Positions 1 to 9,431 of a DNA stretch of 64,000 bases are shown here, in pieces. A program made the translations under genes and the position numbers. Under the pieces are notes generated by a model. The model did not search any database and was not told the origin of the DNA. It saw nothing but the letters and a program-made list of their open reading frames with translations. The stretch comes from Tubiluchus corallicola. Lineage: Eukaryota > Animalia > Priapulida. Positions within the stretch are counted from its first letter, which is position 1; each line of letters opens with the position of its first letter. The DNA is taken from positions 62,001 to 126,000 of the forward strand of contig JAQGDQ010002393.1 in the NCBI GenBank assembly GCA_030141605.1. The letters are read 5' to 3'.

Positions 1-234
1 AGAAAGATAAAAGCACTTACAGGTAAAACGCCCGTTGAATTTATAAGATACACAAGATTGAAGAGAGCAGCACAATTGCTTTTGCAAGAAAATATGACTG
101 TCTCAGAAGTAATTTATTCTACAGGCTTTAACAATCGTTCTTACTTCTATAAAGAATTTGTAAAAATGTATGGACTTTCGCCAAAGGAATATATTAGAAA
201 GCACAATGAAAAGATTCAAAAAATCATAAACTAA
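1..234 (+). CDS. C-terminal fragment of an AraC-type HTH regulator, probably a hybrid two-component system (5' truncated by window edge)
   Basis: Frame 1 reads RKIKALTGKTPVEFIRYTRLKRAAQLLLQENMTVSEVIYSTGFNNRSYFYKEFVKMYGLSPKEY...*, a typical HTCS AraC tail; not in the ORF track. Confidence 0.85.
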   Translation, partial: RKIKALTGKTPVEFIRYTRLKRAAQLLLQENMTVSEVIYSTGFNNRSYFYKEFVKMYGLSPKEYIRKHNEKIQKIIN

Positions 235-443
235 TTAAAAAACTATTCTTGAGCCTATGATTTTTAAATGATAGATGTATAAAAACTGATAAACATTTTA
301 GATAACTTCTGCTATTTTAAGCCATTGATAAGAGCGTGAAAATATATTGTTTCCTGTGTTCTACTAATTTCAGTTCTAAATTTTAAATAAAATGCTATGG
401 CAAAAGTATCTATATCTATACTCAAAATATCCTGTTTTCATTT

Positions 444-1556
444 TTAATAATTGTTTTGATTGAAATAGTCAAAAGCAGGTAGAGCTTCATTTCCATTTTT
501 TGCCTCAAAAAAAGTTGCATTATCCCAATGAGAGCCTTTCCCCCACTGGGTTTGACGATTTGAAGTAATCCACGCAGCTTCCCAATAGATTATTCCTTCT
601 GCTCCTCCTTGAATAGATAATTTTGTTAAATCAGTCATAAATTTCAATTGTCCTTCAGGAGTAGCTGGGTAGCCATTTATAAGTGCATCTGTACCAAGAA
701 TATTTGCTGCACTATCTACATCTTCGAGTGTATGAGGATAAGCTGTTTCCACAACCATTACTCTTTTATTAAACTTTTCCCTCAAAGAGCTTATTGCAAA
801 GGGAATACTATCCAAAACGTAATCCGACCATTTAGGATAATAAGATATCCCAATCCAATCAAATTCGCTAATACCATTTTTTGCAGCTTCTTCAAACCAC
901 CATAAAGCATTTTCGGGTTGTGCTATATGTAGCATAGTTTGTACATCTTTCTTTACAATCTTAGATGCATTTTTCACAGCCTCTAACCCTTTGTTAATTA
1001 AATAACTATTCCTTTTCCAGTTAATTTTATCTAATATCATATTATCTTTCTGTTGCATTATTTCTATGTTGGTTTCATTACCCACTTGTACAAACTCTGG
1101 CAATAGCCCTTCTTTGGATAATTCTATTAGCGTATTCAAAGTGTATTGATAAATAGAATCTCCAAGAATGTTTAAGTCTGTTATGTCCTTCCACGCTTCA
1201 GGAACTATTTGTTTTTCTGGGTCGGCCCAAGTATCAGAATAATGAAAATTAAGTAGCACTTCCATATCATTATTTTTAGCTCTTTTAATGGTTTTTTTCA
1301 CATCTTCGTAATTGGAGTAATCTGTCCATAGAGGCGAATGCCACAACCTTACTCTGACAATGTTAGCCCTTCGTTCACTAAATAATTGAAAGGGGTCTAC
1401 CTCTTTCCCGTTAACTCTATAAATACCCCCATTATCTTCTATCTCATTTACATAAGATAAGTCAGCCCCAAGGTACATATGTTTCTTTTCTTCTGATTCG
1501 GAACAACCAAATAAAATAATAACTATAATGATATAAAATAGGTTAGCAGCGTTCAT
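444..1556 (-). CDS. GH53 endo-beta-1,4-galactanase, lipoprotein
   Basis: GADLSY, RVRLW, FHYSDTWADP, QVGNE (acid/base), VVETAYP (nucleophile); lipobox LFGC. Confidence 0.93.
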   Translation of the reverse strand: MNAANLFYIIIVIILFGCSESEEKKHMYLGADLSYVNEIEDNGGIYRVNGKEVDPFQLFSERRANIVRVRLWHSPLWTDYSNYEDVKKTIKRAKNNDMEVLLNFHYSDTWADPEKQIVPEAWKDITDLNILGDSIYQYTLNTLIELSKEGLLPEFVQVGNETNIEIMQQKDNMILDKINWKRNSYLINKGLEAVKNASKIVKKDVQTMLHIAQPENALWWFEEAAKNGISEFDWIGISYYPKWSDYVLDSIPFAISSLREKFNKRVMVVETAYPHTLEDVDSAANILGTDALINGYPATPEGQLKFMTDLTKLSIQGGAEGIIYWEAAWITSNRQTQWGKGSHWDNATFFEAKNGNEALPAFDYFNQNNY

Positions 1557-1751
1557 ATTATTTTTATTTTATAGTTTGAAAATAGACCAAATACATATTT
1601 TAAAGTATACAAATATAACATAACAGTAAAAAGAAAAAAATTTAACGATTTACAAAATATAAGTTGTTAAAACAATAAAATAATTATCTGAAATTTAATA
1701 TTAAATTAATTTTCATTACACTGTTCTTCCTATTAACTCTACATTATAATC

Positions 1752-1769
1752 TATGCAAACGTTTGCATA
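1752..1769. promoter_or_regulatory. LacI-family operator (perfect 18-bp palindrome)
   Basis: TATGCAAAC|GTTTGCATA with central CG and the AAACGTTT core typical of LacI-family sites; lies between the divergent GH53 and susC genes. Confidence 0.8.
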
Positions 1770-1940
1770 AATCAAGAATACAAAAAAATGAGGTTGCTAA
1801 ACATTAGAATAGCAGCGACTTATATTTTTTTATGTAGCAGATTAATAAAAAAATTAATTTATATTTAGGCTAAGTTATTTATAATTGTACTTAAATTTTT
1901 GATTAATTTATATTATAGTCTCAAAACAATATTATAAAAG

Positions 1941-4922
1941 ATGAAAAAACGTTTTACTAAGCTGTCATTAATATTATTTTCATTAGTAATATTTATCAAT
2001 TTAAGTTTTTCACAAGAGCGAGCTATTATAGGTACGGTTTTAGACGAGGGTGGAGAGCCCATTATAGGGGCTTATGTCGTTATAAAAGGAACTTCATCAG
2101 GAACTACTACTGGTGTAGATGGTTCTTATTCAATACCAGTGTCCTCGAACGATGTAGTTTTAGTATTTTCTTTCATAGGTATGGAGACTAAGGAAGAAGA
2201 AGTGGGAACGAGAAGAACTATTGATGTTCAATTGCAATCCTCCAATGTTAGTTTAGACCAAGTATTGGTTATTGGTTATGGTTCTCAAACAAAAGAGGAT
2301 GTTACTGGCTCTGTTGTTGGTGTATCAGAAAAGGACTTTAACAAAGGAGCTATTGTTTCTGCTGATGAACTGTTAGCTGGAAAAGTTGCCGGAGTTCAAG
2401 TAACTGGGGCAGGAGGGCAACCAGGTAGTGATGTTCAAATAAGAATAAGGGGAGGCTCTTCTCTATCTGCTTCCAACGACCCTCTGATAGTATTGGATGG
2501 AGTTCCCTTAGACAACAAAGACGTTAGTGGAATGGCCAATCCATTAAGTTCTATAAACCCTAACGATATTGAATCCTTTACGGTGCTAAAAGATGCTTCG
2601 GCTACTGCTATTTATGGTTCTCGTGCTTCTAATGGGGTAATTATAATAACAACAAAAAAAGGAAAAGAAGGAGTTCCTTTAAAAATAAATTATAGTAGTT
2701 ATGGGGCTATGTATACTCCGGGCAGAAGGTTAGAGGTTTTAAATGGGGATGAGCTTAGGAATCTTGTAGCAAACAGGTTTGGAGAAGAAAGTGATGCTTA
2801 CTCGTTACTTGGTGATGCCAATACTGACTGGCAAGACGAGATATACAGAACATCTTTTGGAATGGACCACAACCTTAGTTTCACAGGCTCATACAAAAAT
2901 CTTCCTTATAGGGCTTCCATAGGCTACTCAGATATGGATGGTACCTTAGAAACATTAGAGTTTAAGCGTACTACTGGTTCAGTGTCTCTAATGCCAAGTT
3001 TTTTAAAAGATCATTTAACGTTTAACGTCAATGCTAGGGGTATTTATGTAGAAAATAGGTTTGCAGACCAAGCTGCTGTAGGCGAAGCCCTTCGTATGGA
3101 CCCTACCCAACCTGTGAGAGTTGACGACGACCGATTTGGAGATTATTATACTTGGATGAATAGTAATGGCCTTACCCCCAATGGTCAAGCTACTACCAAC
3201 CCTGTTGCTCGATTAGAGCAAACAGACGACCGTTCTGAAGTTTCTCGGTTTATAGGAAATATAGAGACAGTATATAAGCTACACTTTTTACCAGAATTAA
3301 GTGCACATTTAAACTTGGCATATGATTATTCAAAGTCAAATGGAACAAAGTTTATACCTGCAGACGCTGCATTCTCTTTTGCTGTAGATCCAGAAACTTC
3401 GAGTCCAGACTTTGGAGGGTCCGATAGGAAATACTCTCAGGAGAAAAAAAATCAACTCTTAGAGGCTTATCTATCATATAACAAAGAAATAGATAAACAC
3501 AAAATGGGAGTTACAGGAGGATACTCTTGGCAGCACTTTTGGGTGTATGACGATGCTTATGATACAAATGTTTTAGGTACAAATTTGTATGATAGTGTAG
3601 TTAATAAAACAGAAAACTATTTAGTGTCTTTCTTTGGGCGTGCAAATTATACTTATGCTGATAAATATCTCTTAACAGCTACAGTAAGATACGATGGTAC
3701 CAGCAGATTTCTTAATCATTGGGGCTTGTTCCCTTCTGCAGCCTTTGCTTGGAGGATAAAACAAGAAGATTTCTTAGCAGATGTAGATTTTATAACTAAC
3801 TTAAAACTACGTTTAGGCTATGGTATTACAGGGCAACAAGAGATTAACTCTGGCGACTATCCTGCTATTGCAACATATACTGATGGTAGGGATCAAGTAC
3901 AGTACCCATTTGGCGATCAATATATAACAACTATTAGACCTAATGGCTACGATAAAGACTTGAAATGGGAAGAGACTACTACTTATAACATTGGAATAGA
4001 TTATGGCTTTTTGAAGAATAGAATCTATGGAACGATAGACTATTATAGAAGGGAAACGAAAGACCTAATCAATCAAATAAATGTTCCTGCTGGCACTAAT
4101 CAGACTAATAGAATACTGACAAATGTAGGTAACTTAGAGAACAATGGTATAGAACTTGCTATCAATGGAGTGATTTTTAATAAAAAAGATCTTTTCTGGG
4201 AAATAGGGCTTAATGCTACAATGAATAATAATAAAATAACTAAACTTACAGCGACAGACGACCCAAGCTATGTAGGTGTAGAACACGGAACTGTGCACGT
4301 GGGAAATACTGTTCAAATACATAGTGTAGGATATGCTGTAGGTAGTTTTTATGTATACGAGCAAGTATATGATGAAAATGGCAATCCTATAGAAGGACTT
4401 TTTGTGGATAGAAATGGAGACGGTATTATAAATGAAAAGGATCTTTATCATTATAAAGACCCTGCCCCTGATGCATATTTTGGATTATCATCGAGAGTAC
4501 AATATAAAAATTGGGATGCTTCGTTTACATCACGAGCCAGTATTGGCAATTATCTTTATAACAATGTAGAGTATGGAAGGGGAGCTGAACAAGATACGTA
4601 TAATTCTGCACAGGAATACACTCAAAATATGCTGAAGAGCGGATTAGGCAACGGATTTGAGACTACAAATGTACCAAGCGGCCATAAATCTGATTATTTT
4701 GTGCAAAATGCTTCTTTTTTCAAGTTAGATAATGTGTCAGTAGGTTATACCTTTCAGAAACTTGTAGAAGGTAAATTGAATTTGCGAGTTTATGGAACAA
4801 TGCAAAATGTTTTTGTCATAACTCCATATGAAGGTTTAGATCCAGAAATAAACGGGGGTATTGATAGTGCTGTTTATCCTAGGCCAAGAACATTTATACT
4901 GGGCGTAAATGCTAATTTTTAA
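1941..4922 (+). CDS. susC: SusC/RagA TonB-dependent transporter of starch PUL
   Basis: N-terminal CarboxypepD_reg-like domain, IRIRGGSS, LKDASATAIYGSRASNGVIIITTKKG, LKWEET, C-terminal YPRPRTF..NANF. Confidence 0.97.
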   Translation: MKKRFTKLSLILFSLVIFINLSFSQERAIIGTVLDEGGEPIIGAYVVIKGTSSGTTTGVDGSYSIPVSSNDVVLVFSFIGMETKEEEVGTRRTIDVQLQSSNVSLDQVLVIGYGSQTKEDVTGSVVGVSEKDFNKGAIVSADELLAGKVAGVQVTGAGGQPGSDVQIRIRGGSSLSASNDPLIVLDGVPLDNKDVSGMANPLSSINPNDIESFTVLKDASATAIYGSRASNGVIIITTKKGKEGVPLKINYSSYGAMYTPGRRLEVLNGDELRNLVANRFGEESDAYSLLGDANTDWQDEIYRTSFGMDHNLSFTGSYKNLPYRASIGYSDMDGTLETLEFKRTTGSVSLMPSFLKDHLTFNVNARGIYVENRFADQAAVGEALRMDPTQPVRVDDDRFGDYYTWMNSNGLTPNGQATTNPVARLEQTDDRSEVSRFIGNIETVYKLHFLPELSAHLNLAYDYSKSNGTKFIPADAAFSFAVDPETSSPDFGGSDRKYSQEKKNQLLEAYLSYNKEIDKHKMGVTGGYSWQHFWVYDDAYDTNVLGTNLYDSVVNKTENYLVSFFGRANYTYADKYLLTATVRYDGTSRFLNHWGLFPSAAFAWRIKQEDFLADVDFITNLKLRLGYGITGQQEINSGDYPAIATYTDGRDQVQYPFGDQYITTIRPNGYDKDLKWEETTTYNIGIDYGFLKNRIYGTIDYYRRETKDLINQINVPAGTNQTNRILTNVGNLENNGIELAINGVIFNKKDLFWEIGLNATMNNNKITKLTATDDPSYVGVEHGTVHVGNTVQIHSVGYAVGSFYVYEQVYDENGNPIEGLFVDRNGDGIINEKDLYHYKDPAPDAYFGLSSRVQYKNWDASFTSRASIGNYLYNNVEYGRGAEQDTYNSAQEYTQNMLKSGLGNGFETTNVPSGHKSDYFVQNASFFKLDNVSVGYTFQKLVEGKLNLRVYGTMQNVFVITPYEGLDPEINGGIDSAVYPRPRTFILGVNANF

Positions 4923-4942
4923 TTTTTAAAGATATAAATACA

Positions 4943-6520
4943 ATGAAACAAAAAAATATTATATCATTAATCGCAGTTATAGGACTTGTTCTATTGAGTT
5001 CCTGCCTTAAAGATTTAAAAGTTACGCCTATAGATGATAAAGTAAATGTTGAGGAAGATGTATATAATAGTCAAGAAGGTTATTTGGGTGTGTTGGCCAA
5101 GTGCTATGCGGGATTGGCTGTTTCGGGACAACAAGTAGATGGCGACCCAGATATTCACGGGATAGATGAAGGTTTTGGGCAGTATTTGAGAGGGTATTTT
5201 TACCATCAACAGTTTACTACTGATGAAACAGTAGTAGCCTGGAACGACCAAACCATTTTTGATTTTCATTATCAAAAATGGACATCGCAAGATGTTTTCA
5301 TTACAGCACATTTTGCCAGAATTATGAACCAAATAACGTTGTGCAATGAATTTATAAGACAAACTAAGAAAGCTCCAGCAGAATGGACTGAGATTCCTCT
5401 TTACGCAGCAGAGGCAAGGTTTTTAAGGGCGTTAAGTTATTGGCACGCAATGGATCTTTTTGGAAATCCTCCTTTTGTTACAGAAGATGATGAAGTAGGT
5501 AAATTTTTTCCAAGACAAATAGGTAGAGCAGAGCTCTTTAACTATATAGAGACAGAATTGAAAGAGATAGAAGATAAGCTTTCAGAACCTCGGCAAGTAG
5601 ACTATGGAAGAGCAGATAAAGCTGCTGCTTGGATGTTGCTTGCAAAACTCTACTTAAATGCAAAAGTTTATATAGATACAGAAAAATATACAGACGCAAT
5701 CACGTATTTGAACAAGATAATAAATAGTAGTTACTCTCTACACGATAACTATGCACAGCTATTTATGGCAGATAATGATAAAACTGATGCGAAAACAGAA
5801 ATTATATTTCCTATAAGATATGATGGGCTGCGAACACAAACATATGGAGGAACACTTTTCATAATTGCTGCTTCTGTAGGTGGAAGAATGACTCCTTTAG
5901 ATTATGGAGTTAAAGAAGGATGGGCAGGAATAAGAACCACAAAAGCATTGATACATAAATTTACACAAACACCACCTCCAAACGACAAGCTTGATGATGG
6001 ACGGTACTTGTTTTTTTCTGATGGACAAAACTTGGATATACAAAATATAGAAAAATTTACTGACGGATACCCTGTAGTGAAATTTACCAACAAAACTTCT
6101 ACTGGTACCAATGGTTCGTCTATTGATTTTCCTGACACAGATTTCCCTATGTTTCGCTTGGCAGACGCTTATCTTATGTATGCTGAAGCTGTGTTAAGAG
6201 GTGGAACTGGCGGAAGCACAAGCAATGCATTAGGCTATATCAACGAATTGCGGGAAAGAGCCTATGGTGATAATTCAGGTGAGGTAACTGGTCTTACTCT
6301 TGATTTTATCTTGGATGAACGTTCAAGAGAGCTATATTACGAATGTCATAGAAGGACTGATTTAATACGTTTTGGAAAATTCTCTAATACACCTTATACG
6401 TGGCCTTGGAAAGGAGGAACATATGATGGTAGGTCGGTAAGTCAAATATACGACTTATTTCCTATACCTGCAGCTGATATAACAACCAATATTAATTTGC
6501 AACAAAATCCTGGTTATTAA
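4943..6520 (+). CDS. susD: SusD/RagB glycan-binding lipoprotein
   Basis: Lipobox LSSC, EARFLRA, FRLADAYLMYAEA, ERSRELYYECHRRTDLIRFG, QNPGY. Confidence 0.96.
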   Translation: MKQKNIISLIAVIGLVLLSSCLKDLKVTPIDDKVNVEEDVYNSQEGYLGVLAKCYAGLAVSGQQVDGDPDIHGIDEGFGQYLRGYFYHQQFTTDETVVAWNDQTIFDFHYQKWTSQDVFITAHFARIMNQITLCNEFIRQTKKAPAEWTEIPLYAAEARFLRALSYWHAMDLFGNPPFVTEDDEVGKFFPRQIGRAELFNYIETELKEIEDKLSEPRQVDYGRADKAAAWMLLAKLYLNAKVYIDTEKYTDAITYLNKIINSSYSLHDNYAQLFMADNDKTDAKTEIIFPIRYDGLRTQTYGGTLFIIAASVGGRMTPLDYGVKEGWAGIRTTKALIHKFTQTPPPNDKLDDGRYLFFSDGQNLDIQNIEKFTDGYPVVKFTNKTSTGTNGSSIDFPDTDFPMFRLADAYLMYAEAVLRGGTGGSTSNALGYINELRERAYGDNSGEVTGLTLDFILDERSRELYYECHRRTDLIRFGKFSNTPYTWPWKGGTYDGRSVSQIYDLFPIPAADITTNINLQQNPGY

Positions 6521-6527
6521 TATTAAA

Positions 6528-7304
6528 ATGAAATTTCTTATGAAACAAATATATATATTCTTAGCAACGATTTTAATAATGGGTGTCATTCTTTCTTGTG
6601 AAAAGGATAAAACAAAAATAGGAAGTAGCGACACCTATACACCTCCTACTATAACAGGGCCTGAAAGTGGCAAGACCCATATTTTATCAGAAGATGAATC
6701 CTATGAAATAGTTGATACTATATCTTGGAAGGCTGCTGATTATGGGCTTTCTATTGCAACCAAATATTTCATTATTATAGACATAAAGGAGGGCGATTTT
6801 TCTACTATTACTTCAATAGGAGAGACAAGCGAAACAAAATTTGATATGGTAGCCAGGGATTTGAATAATGGGGTTTTTATCGGTTTAGGAGCAACAGAAG
6901 GCGAGGCCACTGAAATTGAATTAAAGGTAATGGCAGTACAGGAGGAAATGGAAAATACAATGTATTCAACCAATTCTATTGCCCTTACGGTAACGCCTTA
7001 CTATGTTCCTAATCCTTTGTGGGGTTTAATTGGTATAAATAATAAATGGGGCGAAGGGGGAGCTGATGATGATATACCTATGAATGAAGTAGAAAAAGAC
7101 CTATGGGTAAAGGAGAATGTTGTAGTCACTGAAAGTGGCGGATTCAAATTCCGTTTAGATGGTAGTTGGGATGAAGAATATTCTTTCGGAGGGTCATATG
7201 GCACATTGATAAAGGGTGGAGGTCCTAATATTCCAATTTATGAGGGGACACATAAAATTACTTTAGACCTTGGAACAGTCCCAGCTACTTATAAGATAGA
7301 GTAG
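6528..7304 (+). CDS. susE: SusE-like starch-binding lipoprotein (start may be ATG 6540)
   Basis: Lipobox ILSC-EKDK, W..ADYG SusE N-terminal domain, C-terminal CBM with FKFRLDGSW; follows susD. Confidence 0.8.
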   Translation: MKFLMKQIYIFLATILIMGVILSCEKDKTKIGSSDTYTPPTITGPESGKTHILSEDESYEIVDTISWKAADYGLSIATKYFIIIDIKEGDFSTITSIGETSETKFDMVARDLNNGVFIGLGATEGEATEIELKVMAVQEEMENTMYSTNSIALTVTPYYVPNPLWGLIGINNKWGEGGADDDIPMNEVEKDLWVKENVVVTESGGFKFRLDGSWDEEYSFGGSYGTLIKGGGPNIPIYEGTHKITLDLGTVPATYKIE

Positions 7305-7402
7305 AGATACCAGAATAATAAAAAAACAGCCAAAAATCAACATTTTTTTTAATAGCAGCAAAATAATTGCCTGTTTTATTTCACACGAAATAATTTGCAA
7401 AA

Positions 7403-9244
7403 ATGAAAAAATACGCATCCTTGTTATCGTTATTGCTGTTATCAAATTTTATTATGGCGCAGCAATTTAGAGTAGAGCCTCCTTTTTGGTGGGTGGGAAT
7501 GAAAAATACAGAATTGCAATTGTTGGTATATGGTGAAAACATTGCAGAACTTCAGCCAGAGCTCAATTACAAAGGAGTAACAGTAGAGAAAACCACAAGG
7601 GTAAAAAGCCCTAACTATCTTTTTATTGACCTTGCTATTGCTACCAATACCACAGCAGGTAGCTTTGATATAAATTTCAAAAAGGATAATGAAATAGTAA
7701 GAACATACAGCTACGAACTGATGCAAAGAGAGCAAGAAGGGGCAGCCATAGAGGGGTTTAATAATACGGACGCTATTTATCTTATCACGCCCGACCGTTT
7801 TGCTAATGGTAACACAGAGAACGACAATGTGAAAGGTTTGACAGATAAGTTAAACCGAGATGATATAAACGGACGGCACGGGGGAGATATACAAGGTATG
7901 ATAGACCACTTGGATTACATAAAAGATATGGGTTTTACTGCTATATGGTTAAACCCTGTGCTTGAAAACAATCAACCTCAATATTCTTATCACGGCTATG
8001 CTACTACCGATTTTTACAAGGTGGATGCCAGATATGGCACTAACGAGGAATACAAGCAACTTTCTAAAATAGCCAAAGAAAAAGGTATTAAGCTGATAAT
8101 GGATATGATAGCAAACCATTGTGGTTCAAAGCATTGGTGGATGAAAGACCCACCTATGTCCGATTGGTTAAACTTTCAAGAAGACTTTCAACAAACCAAC
8201 CATCAACGCACTGTATTGCAAGATCCTTATGCTTCTAAAATAGACCACAAAATGTTTACTGATGGGTGGTTTGTAAAAACAATGCCCGACCTCAATCAGA
8301 AAAATCCATTTATGGCGAAGTACCTCATACAAAACACTATTTGGTGGATTGAGTATTTGGGCTTATCGGGTATAAGGCAGGATACTTATTCGTATCCTGA
8401 TATGAATTTTATGGCAGATTGGACGTGTGAAATAATGAAAGAATATCCCAATTTCAATGTTGTAGGTGAGGAGTGGTCAGAAAATCCGGCTATTGTATCT
8501 TACTGGCAAAAGGGTAAAGTTAATCCAAATGGTTACACATCTTGCCTTCCCAGTTTGATGGATTTTCCGCTACAAGCAGCATTGAAAAAAAGTTTAGAGG
8601 GAGAGAAAGAAAAGTGGCAACAGGATTGGATTAAACTTTATGAGGCATTAGCTAATGACTTTTTGTATTCAGACCCTTATAATCTGGTAGTCTTTCCTGA
8701 TAATCACGATATGAGCAGGTTCTATGCTCAAGTAGGAGAAGACTTTGATTTATTTAAGTTGGGAATTGTTTACATATTGACTACAAGAGGTATTCCTCAA
8801 ATTTATTACGGAACGGAAATTTTGATGACCAATACAGAGGAAGAACAGCACGGAGATATTCGTAGCGACTTCCCCGGAGGTTGGGAAGGGGATAAGGTAA
8901 ATGCTTTTACAGGAGAAGGCTTAACCGCTAAGCAAAAAGAAGCACAGAAATTTATAAAGAACTTAGTAAATTGGCGAAAACAAGCAAGTGTTATCCATTA
9001 TGGCAAGATGATGCACTTCACCCCTAAGGATGGTGTATATGTATATTTTAGATACAATGATGAGGAAAAAGTAATGGTGGTGTTAAATAAAAGTGAAAAG
9101 ACACGAACATTAGATTTAAAAAGATTTGAAGAAATGTTGGAGGGAGTTTCAACAGCAAAGAACATTGTAACAAACAGATCTATACAATTAAAAGACAAAT
9201 TGAAGATTTCTAGTGGCACTGCGATGGTATTAGAAATAGAGTAA
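7403..9244 (+). CDS. susA: GH13 cyclomaltodextrinase/neopullulanase (SusA-like)
   Basis: RVEPPFWWVGM N-terminus, YLITPDRFANG, GIRQDT, VGEEW, DNHD catalytic regions. Confidence 0.92.
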   Translation: MKKYASLLSLLLLSNFIMAQQFRVEPPFWWVGMKNTELQLLVYGENIAELQPELNYKGVTVEKTTRVKSPNYLFIDLAIATNTTAGSFDINFKKDNEIVRTYSYELMQREQEGAAIEGFNNTDAIYLITPDRFANGNTENDNVKGLTDKLNRDDINGRHGGDIQGMIDHLDYIKDMGFTAIWLNPVLENNQPQYSYHGYATTDFYKVDARYGTNEEYKQLSKIAKEKGIKLIMDMIANHCGSKHWWMKDPPMSDWLNFQEDFQQTNHQRTVLQDPYASKIDHKMFTDGWFVKTMPDLNQKNPFMAKYLIQNTIWWIEYLGLSGIRQDTYSYPDMNFMADWTCEIMKEYPNFNVVGEEWSENPAIVSYWQKGKVNPNGYTSCLPSLMDFPLQAALKKSLEGEKEKWQQDWIKLYEALANDFLYSDPYNLVVFPDNHDMSRFYAQVGEDFDLFKLGIVYILTTRGIPQIYYGTEILMTNTEEEQHGDIRSDFPGGWEGDKVNAFTGEGLTAKQKEAQKFIKNLVNWRKQASVIHYGKMMHFTPKDGVYVYFRYNDEEKVMVVLNKSEKTRTLDLKRFEEMLEGVSTAKNIVTNRSIQLKDKLKISSGTAMVLEIE

Positions 9245-9431
9245 TGTTATTTCAATAGGTAGAAAATAATATACAATGTTAGTGCTATTCGTATTAGAAC
9301 TTTGCTGTTGCAAAATATATAAGGAATCTTAAAAACGCATGAAATATATATTTTCATAGGTATAAATATATTGCTTATTACCAGCCTCTAATACCATTAC
9401 CATAAGTAGAATAGATATTTTAAGTGAAAAA

